From contig NC_006138.1 of assembly GCF_000025945.1 (NCBI RefSeq), positions 2,160,001 through 2,192,000 of the forward strand: 32,000 nt of DNA. Reading direction: 5' to 3'. Below are positions 8,263 through 15,785 of the stretch, piece by piece; position 1 is the first letter of the stretch; each line of letters starts with the position of its first letter. The DNA comes from Desulfotalea psychrophila LSv54 (GTDB lineage Bacteria > Desulfobacterota > Desulfobulbia > Desulfobulbales > Desulfocapsaceae). The notes under the pieces were generated by a model. That model did not search any database. It was not told where the DNA came from and worked only from the letters and a program-made list of their open reading frames with translations. The position numbers and the translations under genes are program-made.

Positions 8263-9429
8263 ATGGAAAACTTAAAACAACTTTTGAGCTCGCAAAGTAG
8301 GCAAAATTGGCTTTTTGGGGCAGGTATAAGTTACGGTTCGAAAATACCCTTAATGTATCCTCTAACAGATCGTGTTGAGAAAATTGTTGAAGATATCGCA
8401 GGTGACGAGGAAAAAGCAATATTGGCATCATTAAAAGCAGATCTCAACGATGACTGCCATGTAGAGCATTATCTGAGTCATTTGGGAGACCTGCTGGCTA
8501 TTGCCGAACGCTCCAAGGATAAGATTGCACATATTGGTGGAAATTGCTATTCGGTAGAACATCTCAATAAACTGTATTTAGAAATTATCAAAGCCATTGG
8601 TGGAATCGTCAGATATGGGTATGTTGCCGCAAATGCTGAGCGTGGTCTAGAGGAAGAAATTGGTACAGCTGAAGGACCTATTGTCGAAATAAAACCACAT
8701 TATGAATTTGTTGAAGCACTATTGCTGAGCCAGTCTAACCTTGAGCGCCGTTCAAAAACAACATTCTTTACCACTAATTATGATACATTGCTCGAAGATG
8801 CTTTAGCTCTACATAAAAAGGCTGTATGTGATGGTTTTTCAGGTGGAGCGGTAGGTTTTTGGAATGCGGAAAAAGAGTTTTCTGATATCTCAATAGATTC
8901 TAACACCTACCAATTATATAAATTGCATGGATCAATAGATTGGCATCGAGATGAGAGTTTCGGTCTAGTACGTGCACGGTATGGGACAAAGTATTTGTCA
9001 AATCTTGCAAATATTATGATTTATCCTCAAGCGACAAAGTATGTAGAAACTCAAAAAGACCCCTTTGCCAATCTATTCATGGGATTAAGAAAGACCCTGA
9101 TGAACAAGCAGCAAAATACACTACTTACTTGTGGTTACAGTTTCGGCGATGACCACATCAATGCCGAAATAGAAAGCGCATTGAAAAGTGAAGGGAACCA
9201 GACGACTGTTATCGCTTTTATTCAAGAGGCACCTAAGGATGGCATCGTAATCAATAAGACATTAGATGGTTGGTTGAACTGTCCTAAAATAGGTAAAAAG
9301 GTTTATGTAGCTGGTGAATCCGGTATTTATCATGCTTCGACAACGCCGTCAGCTGAAACTGATACATCCAAATATAATTGGTGGCGTTTTGATGTTCTGA
9401 CTCAGTTTATTAAGACAGGGGAAGTATAA
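8263..9429 (+). CDS. SIR2-like NADase (SIR2_2 defence-type sirtuin family), first gene of a SIR2-HerA pair
   Basis: 388-aa ORF with GAGAGGA upstream of the ATG. Ordered motifs are LFGAGIS (G19-S23), FFTTNYD (N172 at nt 8776-8778) and YKLHGS (H222 at nt 8926-8928), as in bacterial SIR2_2 domains. Its stop overlaps the next start (TAATG at 9427-9431). Confidence 0.8.
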   Translation: MENLKQLLSSQSRQNWLFGAGISYGSKIPLMYPLTDRVEKIVEDIAGDEEKAILASLKADLNDDCHVEHYLSHLGDLLAIAERSKDKIAHIGGNCYSVEHLNKLYLEIIKAIGGIVRYGYVAANAERGLEEEIGTAEGPIVEIKPHYEFVEALLLSQSNLERRSKTTFFTTNYDTLLEDALALHKKAVCDGFSGGAVGFWNAEKEFSDISIDSNTYQLYKLHGSIDWHRDESFGLVRARYGTKYLSNLANIMIYPQATKYVETQKDPFANLFMGLRKTLMNKQQNTLLTCGYSFGDDHINAEIESALKSEGNQTTVIAFIQEAPKDGIVINKTLDGWLNCPKIGKKVYVAGESGIYHASTTPSAETDTSKYNWWRFDVLTQFIKTGEV

Positions 9430-11270
9430 TGAGTGATATTTTTCAGGTGAGACAGGAATTAAAGATTGGAAAAATCATCGAGGTGTCTGGCAATAATTTA
9501 CGTATAGAAATTGATGATAGTCTTAACGAGTTAATACGTATAGTTGATGGTCAGGTTTATCCTGTAGGTCAAATGGGCAGTATTATTAAAGTTCATTTTG
9601 GTAGGAAACTATTGTTTGCTTTTGTTCGATCGCTTAAGATGAGATCAGAATTGATTGCTGATGACAATAATCAGCCAATTAATGCCGCAGATGATGCCCG
9701 TATTTTAGAAGCAGATTTGTTTGGCCAAGGAACGTGGTCTGCTAGTAATTTACGTCTAGAATTCTCCCGTGGTGTAGAAACCTACCCTTTACCTTTACAA
9801 TGTGCTTATACTTGTCTTAACGATGAGTTGGAAGCAGTTTATAAAGCTGCAGAGTCAAACGCTCAAGATGAAGCCATTAGCCCAATGGTTCCAATTGGAA
9901 AATATATCGGGGGTAATAATGCTGTTTGCAGAGCAAATATAGATAAATTGTTTGGACATCATTTTGCAATTTTGGGTTCTACAGGATCTGGTAAATCAGC
10001 TACTGTTGCATCTATTTTACATTCTGTTTTAGACCACAGGCCTAATGATATCGTGCTAAAACCTAGAATTGTTATGATTGATCCTCATGGCGAATATGCT
10101 AGTGCTTTTGGTGGAAGAGCAAAAGTATATCGAGCATATAATGATTCATCTATTGCAAATAATGATGCAGAGATATTGAAATTACCCTATTGGCTTATGT
10201 CCAGTGATGAATTGAGATCTTTAATCATCGGGAAAACTGAGCACGAAGCCACATCTCAGAATAATATTGTCTATGAAGCAATTGCTTATTCTAGATTATT
10301 GGAAGCTAGTCTAATTCAAGATGTGGGCGCTGAACCAAATGGTGGATATGAAGCTGGTCGGGTTATTGGTATCACTGAAGAACAAGTTTTAAATTTTGAT
10401 AGAGATAAGCCAGTTCCATTTAAATTAGCTCAGTTCGTAAAACACATAGATAAGGTACAAGGACGTAAGGCTGGGAAACAGGATAACTTGGCTGCATCTT
10501 CAGGTCGCGACAAAGTTGAAAACATACTTAAGAAACTTAAAGTCCTTCGTTCGAATCCTCAACTAAATTTCTTGTTGGAGGAATATGATGAGAATGCTTC
10601 CCCTAAATTACAGGAAATATTAGCACAGTTCGTAGGTGAAGCAGGCGGAAAAGACATACGTATAATTGACATTTCTGGTCTTCCAAATGAAGTTGCCGGT
10701 CCTTTAACAGCATTGATCTCACGCCTTTTGTTTCAATATAAGCTTTGGCAAACAAGAGAAGAGAGAGAAAAAGATCCTATGTTGTTTGTATGCGAAGAAG
10801 CCCATCGTTATGTGCCTAATCATGGTGAGGCTCAATATAAGGAGGCTCAAGATGCAATTCGACGTATTGCCAAGGAAGGTCGTAAATATGGATTGGGTTT
10901 AGGGCTAATATCTCAAAGGCCTTCTGATGTAGAAAGCACCGTTCTTTCACAGTGTAACTCTTGGATTGTTCTTAGATTGTCTAATTCTAGTGACCAAGAG
11001 CATGTATCAAAGTTCTTACCAGATAGTTTAAATGGTTTAACCAAAATGCTATCCGCTCTTACAAGGCGTGAAGCGATTTTTGTAGGTGAGGCAGCGGCAC
11101 TTCCCAGTAGAATTCGGATTCGAAAATTATCGCCAGAGCAATTACCTGATTCTAACGATATAAAATTTGCCCAAGGCTGGTCTAATGATGCGATCAATGA
11201 TGCCGATCTGAAGGCCATTGTAAATCGTTGGAGCAATACAGAAGATCATCAAGCGCAAGCAGATAGTTAA
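9429..11270 (+). CDS. herA: HerA-like (DUF87/FtsK-HerA superfamily) P-loop ATPase, second gene of a SIR2-HerA pair
   Basis: 613-aa ORF. The N-terminal region (KIGKIIEVSGNNLRIEI...GSIIKV) looks like a HerA barrel. Walker A GSTGSGKS lies at aa 183-190 (nt 9975-9998), and the Walker B strand MLFVCEEAH at aa 451-459. ISQRPSD and SWIVLRL sensor-like motifs are typical of HerA/DUF87. It is translationally coupled to the SIR2 gene. Confidence 0.85.
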   Translation: MSDIFQVRQELKIGKIIEVSGNNLRIEIDDSLNELIRIVDGQVYPVGQMGSIIKVHFGRKLLFAFVRSLKMRSELIADDNNQPINAADDARILEADLFGQGTWSASNLRLEFSRGVETYPLPLQCAYTCLNDELEAVYKAAESNAQDEAISPMVPIGKYIGGNNAVCRANIDKLFGHHFAILGSTGSGKSATVASILHSVLDHRPNDIVLKPRIVMIDPHGEYASAFGGRAKVYRAYNDSSIANNDAEILKLPYWLMSSDELRSLIIGKTEHEATSQNNIVYEAIAYSRLLEASLIQDVGAEPNGGYEAGRVIGITEEQVLNFDRDKPVPFKLAQFVKHIDKVQGRKAGKQDNLAASSGRDKVENILKKLKVLRSNPQLNFLLEEYDENASPKLQEILAQFVGEAGGKDIRIIDISGLPNEVAGPLTALISRLLFQYKLWQTREEREKDPMLFVCEEAHRYVPNHGEAQYKEAQDAIRRIAKEGRKYGLGLGLISQRPSDVESTVLSQCNSWIVLRLSNSSDQEHVSKFLPDSLNGLTKMLSALTRREAIFVGEAAALPSRIRIRKLSPEQLPDSNDIKFAQGWSNDAINDADLKAIVNRWSNTEDHQAQADS

Positions 11271-11352
11271 TGACTGCCACCAAATATTAATACGTAAAAC
11301 AATCTTTCGCTAACTTATTTACTGAAATAGGTGGCCTTGTTGCATAAATCAT

Positions 11353-11376
11353 GAGGGAAGAAAATCATCTTCCCTC
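11353..11376 (+). terminator. Perfect 9-bp hairpin downstream of herA (candidate operon terminator)
   Basis: GAGGGAAGA (11353-11361), loop aaatca, then TCTTCCCTC (11368-11376). It lies 83 nt after the herA stop. It is not followed by a U-tract, so intrinsic-terminator status is uncertain. Confidence 0.4.
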
Positions 11377-11918
11377 TACTCCATTCCATCTTAGCAAACA
11401 GCCTCTCGAACAGGCATTTCTAAAGCGCTAATCTTGTTCAAAGCTTTAATCACAACGGACTTACCTGCTTGACCGTTGATGATATCCTGTTCCTTTCAAT
11501 TCACCTTAACTGTTTGGGCACGCCTGCTAACAGGTGTATCAAGAGCCCAGGGATCGATGACATCAGGTCAAAAATTGAATTTAGAAAACCTTCAGCAGCT
11601 CTGAGAAAAAGACCGTAAATGGTTCCATCAAACAAATCATGCATCATCAGTGTGCTTGTGGCTACGATCACGCTGTCCTGATGTACCAACTTTCAATCGC
11701 TTTCTTGTCCACCCAAAACGTCAACGCCGTTGCTTTAGCGCTCTGTTGTATTCAGGCCAATTTGTGCAACAAGGCCAAAATAGGTTAGAAAAACATTGAT
11801 GGTTATCTCGAGATATTCGGTTTGAAAAATATTTAATAAATCATTGCACTGGGCCAAGCACTCGTCATGCTCTCAATTTACCGCAAAGTACGGTGCTAAC
11901 ACTCCACTGCTTCCTGTT

Positions 11919-12012
11919 GTTTCTGATAGCTGATAACTGACAGCTTAAAGCTACCCTCTCTCTCAGCTGTAGGCCCTGTTTTTTCTAGCATCTAGCATCT
12001 CGTATCTTTCCC
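11919..12012 (-). repeat. Mosaic dispersed repeat, inverted orientation
   Basis: The reverse complement of 11919-11945 is agctgtcagttatcagctatcagaaac, which matches 7746-7779. The reverse complement of 11984-12012 is gggaaagatacgagatgctagatgctaga, which matches the gatacgagatgctaga words. Confidence 0.75.
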
Positions 12013-12021
12013 TTGTCTCTT

Positions 12022-12102
12022 CAGTGGAATAGATGATATTATGGCCCTGTAAGGATGGACCTTGTATTCCACATTAAGTCTTAGATATGGTAATAAGAGG
12101 AG
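12022..12102 (+). repeat. Conserved element of about 80 nt, copy A (cagtgRaa...tatggccctgtaaggat...ttagata...ataagagga)
   Basis: It aligns without gaps to 13924-14003 at roughly three quarters identity by eye, including the identical 18-mer ttatggccctgtaaggat. Confidence 0.75.
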
Positions 12103-12173
12103 TTGGAAGGCTGACACCTGGGAAGGTCAATGATTAACCTTATATTACTTTTAAATTTATGGAGAACAATAAT

Positions 12174-12881
12174 ATGAAAACAATTGGAATGTTAGGTGGG
12201 ATGAGCTGGGAATCCACCGCCAGCTATTATAAGGCAATTAATGAGGGCGTTAAGGCTGAGCTTGGCGGTTTGCACTCCGCAAAAATCTGTCTGTACAGCG
12301 TAAATTTCGACGAAATTGAAAAGCTCCAGCATGAGGGTAACTGGCAGGAAACGGCAGTGATCCTAGCCAATGCAGCTCAATTGGTTGAGGCCGGCGGTGC
12401 CGATTTTTTACTGATCTGTACCAATACCATGCATAAGGTGGCTCCAGAAATTGAGGCGGAAATTTCCATTCCCCTTCTCCACATTGCCGATGCTACTGCC
12501 AATAAATTGCTAGCCGATGGCATTAAAAAGGTGGGCTTGCTTGGTACCCGCTTTACCATGGAAGAGGATTTCTATAAGAGTCGTCTCGTCGATAAATTTG
12601 GTATTGAGGTGGTTGTTCCTGACACCGATGACCGGACTATTGTTCACAACATAATTTATGATGAGCTGTGTCGAGGCATTATCAATCCTCAGTCGAGAGA
12701 GCAGTATATAAGTATCGTAAGTGGATTGCATGAACAGGGTGCTGAGGCCGTAATCTTAGGCTGTACTGAAATAGCCCTGCTTATCCAACAGGTACACACC
12801 CCCGTACCACTGTATGATACGACCGAAATTCATGCTGCTCAGGCTGTTCAATTGGCAATATCTGCTGAGATGGTGGTATAA
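12174..12881 (+). CDS. ygeA: Aspartate/glutamate racemase family protein (YgeA-like broad-specificity amino-acid racemase)
   Basis: Strong similarity by eye to E. coli YgeA along the whole length (MKTIGxLGGMSWEST, LHSA, CTNTMHKVA, LHIADAT, LLGTRxTME, GCTEI). I prefer the ATG at 12174 (GGAGA 8 nt upstream) over the ORF-track start at 12159. Confidence 0.9.
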   Translation: MKTIGMLGGMSWESTASYYKAINEGVKAELGGLHSAKICLYSVNFDEIEKLQHEGNWQETAVILANAAQLVEAGGADFLLICTNTMHKVAPEIEAEISIPLLHIADATANKLLADGIKKVGLLGTRFTMEEDFYKSRLVDKFGIEVVVPDTDDRTIVHNIIYDELCRGIINPQSREQYISIVSGLHEQGAEAVILGCTEIALLIQQVHTPVPLYDTTEIHAAQAVQLAISAEMVV

Positions 12882-13165
12882 TAATTACATTCAGTCGACC
12901 CCCGTTTGCAATTGGGGCCCTCTGCTCTCCTCATCAAGTGGAGGATGGTGCCGAAACTGGGCGAATGGATCGATTTCCTACCCTTTGGCAATCTGTTCTT
13001 GTCTTACAGGCTTTTCGCACTATATTACAGTGAGTAAAAACTGGTCGGTAAGATTGTAGGTAATCTGGAGCATGTGGCAGGCATTCGGAGAGCACTTTTT
13101 ATTGAATGACGCCCATTTTCTGGATAATAATTTGTTATAAAATAAATCTCAACAAGGAGTAACCC

Positions 13166-13270
13166 ATGGCTAAAGGTCAAGATTCCAAAAAGAGCGTAAA
13201 AAAAGTGTCCGAAAAAACATTGAAAGAAAAGCGCAAAGAGAAAAAAGAAAAGAAAGCCAATAAAAACTAA
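13166..13270 (+). CDS. 34-aa lysine-rich micro-protein (MAKGQDSKKSVKKVSEKTLKEKRKEKKEKKANKN), function unknown
   Basis: It is not in the ORF track because it is under 60 aa. A canonical AAGGAG (13154-13159) lies 6 nt upstream of the ATG (13166), and the stop is TAA at 13268-13270. It sits in an otherwise gene-free region. Confidence 0.45.
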   Translation: MAKGQDSKKSVKKVSEKTLKEKRKEKKEKKANKN

Positions 13271-13879
13271 TTTGATATTATCAACCGATGAGAGCTACCA
13301 GAACCTGTCTTTGCCACAAATTCTGGAGAAGAGCCAAGAAGAAGAATGAAAGCACTATAAAATTTATAACCAATCATTCGAGGGTGACGGTATACCGCCG
13401 CATCTCAATTCAACCGTTATGCATGTTTTATCTCATTGATGGGTATGCTATTTAAAATAGCGGATATTTTATCGGTTAATTGGCTCTTTGTTTCTTTAAC
13501 CAATTCTAAGGTTACCGTGGTGATTTTTATGCTTGAATAGTGGTAGCTCATTTGCCGTTAGCGAGCTGAAAGCATCCTGCTCACTAGGTTAAATTGTTAT
13601 TGTTGATGTATAACAAAGCAATCAAGGTGATACCTTATATTCGGCAGTTTTGCTACGGAGTTCGGTGCGCTTTATTGGTTTACCGTTACCCCCCACTTCC
13701 ACTCGTTAAGGTGGGGGGTGCTAGGGTCTCAGAAGACCTATTGTAGATAGCTGATCTGCAGGATGTTCATAAGGAGTTCCACAAGGACCATGGAGAAGTA
13801 GCAATACCTCCCCGGGTCAGAGTAGAGGTGGCTGAATCAGCTTTTCCTTGATTTTACCAAGTGAGCTTCTGCTTTCTCC

Positions 13880-14003
13880 TGTTGCTGACAGCTGTCCTTT
13901 CTCTCATCAAATTTTCCACAGTTCAGTGAAACAGATGCTCTTATGGCCCTGTAAGGATTGGTCTTATGTTCCGTGTTACGCTTTAGATACGGGGATAAGA
14001 GGA
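13880..14003 (+). repeat. Repeat composite: ctgacagctgtc module (13885-13896) plus the roughly 80-nt conserved element, copy B (13924-14003)
   Basis: The module order is the same as at 11919-12102: an inverted agctgtcag word followed by the cagtgaaa...tatggccctgtaaggat...ataagagga element. Confidence 0.7.
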
Positions 14004-14583
14004 AGAAAGATGGCTTATTAGGTCTCTGCTGGGTTCCTCGATATCCGCAGTGAAAGATTTAATCCCGGAGACAATAGCCAAACTACCGCCAAAGAAGGTT
14101 AAAAGTATTGCTCTGTGATGATCGCCATCATCCTCAGCTGAAGATCAACGAAGATACATTTTTGTTGGTAGCACTCCCCATCTTCTTCTACCTATTTCTT
14201 CTCTTTTTAAGAATATTTAAAATTGTTGGAGGTCGGCTTATATTGGTTTCCGCTCTGCTTATTTCAACAATACCTGATCTGGGGATGAGAGAAGGATAGC
14301 TGCCCCGCTGAGTGTCTCCCTCTCTTTACATTTGTATAACCCCTTCCCGCTGATGTATAACGATCTTTAGAGGTTATTGTTTGAGAGGCCCTGCTTTTCG
14401 GTCTTTTCCTCTTTTATGCAAGGTGATGAGGTGTGAGAGGTCCTCTCTTATCGTCATGGCTTTGGCCATATTTTCCATAAGATAAAATAAAAGGGGCCCA
14501 ATGAGAGATCTTCTCTATCAGGGCCGGGGAATTGGCGGACCAGGGGCATCGCCCTAGCCCTCGCCTTTTTACTTGCCGAAGAA

Positions 14584-15084
14584 TTGGTTAAGCCAATCGG
14601 GGTCTCCACTCAGTTTGTCATTCTTGATGGCATTGTCTGGAACCTGCTTGATGAGAGGGTGGTGGTGGAGAATAGTGCACACAAAAGCGGCTACTCAAGT
14701 CCCAACGCCTATCTCAATAAGAGTGGCGGAAAGTATGCAAAAAATATCGTCCATCCCCTCAACTATAGCTTTGTTTTTGTGTTGGCAATGATTGTAGGCG
14801 CTTTTGTTGCCCGGAAAATGCAACATAGAGAGGAGAAAGCAAAAATAATAACCGTCCCAACAGTTTGTCTGCGAAGATTTGGCAGTTCTTCGCCTAAAAG
14901 ATATCTGGTAACCTTTCTGGGAGGTCTCTTCGTCCTCTTTGGCTCACGTCTTGCAGGTGGCTGTACCAGTGGTCATATGATGAGTGGTATGATGCAGACC
15001 TCTCTTAGTGGCTATCTCTTTGCTCTGGGTGCCTTTGCCGTGGCCATCCCCATGGCCATTCTTATCTATGGAAGGGAGGAGTAA
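14584..15084 (+). CDS. YeeE/YedE-family sulfur-compound transporter component (Sulf_transp/DUF395), N-terminal half-protein; 5-prime end uncertain
   Basis: Hydrophobic ORF with the family signature GGCTSGH. The track start is a TTG. The frame is open back to 14491, and an out-of-frame ATG at 14501 suggests a frameshifted or misassembled true start (see findings). Confidence 0.7.
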   Translation: MVKPIGVSTQFVILDGIVWNLLDERVVVENSAHKSGYSSPNAYLNKSGGKYAKNIVHPLNYSFVFVLAMIVGAFVARKMQHREEKAKIITVPTVCLRRFGSSSPKRYLVTFLGGLFVLFGSRLAGGCTSGHMMSGMMQTSLSGYLFALGAFAVAIPMAILIYGREE

Positions 15085-15085
15085 T

Positions 15086-15652
15086 ATGTCTATTGTCCTT
15101 GCGATTGTCTTAGGCTTGTTCTTTGGCTTTGTCCTGCAAAAGATAGGTGCGGCAGATCCACAAATTATCATTGATATGTTACGCCTTAAAAACCTTCACC
15201 TAATGAAGGCCATTCTCCTTGCCATTGGCCTCAGTAGTTTAGCCTTATTTTCTTTGCTTAATCTTGGCTTTATCGACATGGGAAATCTAAGTGTAAAGGC
15301 CTCTTATGTAGGGGTAATTGTTGGTGGTGCCATTATGGGCTTGGGTTGGGCCATTTCTGGATTTTGTCCAGGAACGGGTCTTGCCGCCCTTGGCACTGGC
15401 CGCAAAGATGCCCTGTTTTTTGTTTTAGGCGGCCTCGTTGGCGCTCAGCTTTTCACCCTTGTTTACGCGGCACTAAAAGGCACTTTTTTATTTAAAAGTT
15501 TAGGTGGCAAAATGACCTTGGCTGCAACGGGTAATAACGCCTTACAAACATTCTTTCCATCAATTTCAGCCGTTCTTGTTGCCGGGGCTATTGCCATTAT
15601 TCTTATACTGATTGCCTGGAAACTGCCAGAAAAGCAGGGGGATAATTTTTAG
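15086..15652 (+). CDS. YeeE/YedE-family sulfur-compound transporter component, second half-protein
   Basis: An ATG at 15086 lies 1 nt after the upstream stop and is preceded by GGAGGAG. The protein is polytopic with the GFCPGTG signature typical of the second Sulf_transp repeat. The track start at 15008 overlaps the upstream gene and is rejected. Confidence 0.75.
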   Translation: MSIVLAIVLGLFFGFVLQKIGAADPQIIIDMLRLKNLHLMKAILLAIGLSSLALFSLLNLGFIDMGNLSVKASYVGVIVGGAIMGLGWAISGFCPGTGLAALGTGRKDALFFVLGGLVGAQLFTLVYAALKGTFLFKSLGGKMTLAATGNNALQTFFPSISAVLVAGAIAIILILIAWKLPEKQGDNF

Positions 15653-15785
15653 CATCTTTCTATGGCTCGTAACTCTCATTGTCATAGGAGATGCTTTTTG
15701 CTATGGTCAGCTCTGCCCAAAAGGTCAGTGCTTTAGTTGAGATAGGACCAGGCCGCATCACCCATAACCCATAAAATGGTGCCCC

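Noticed and set aside
11501-11689. HDLFDGTIYG in the 62-aa minus-strand ORF read as a Fic/Doc motif
   Set aside because: It does not fit HxFx(D/E)GNGRxxR in either spacing or residues. The ORF is better explained as a fragment of a stop-interrupted decayed gene.
7620-12160. Classical mobile element (IS, integron, prophage or integrative island) carrying SIR2-HerA
   Set aside because: I recognised no integrase, transposase, tRNA target or clear terminal inverted or direct repeats with target duplication. Only the dispersed repeat modules flank the pair.
14108-14299. 63-aa hydrophobic ORF as a small membrane protein
   Set aside because: It has a TTG start with no Shine-Dalgarno and lies in repeat-rich, low-complexity T-rich DNA. 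There is no support beyond being open.
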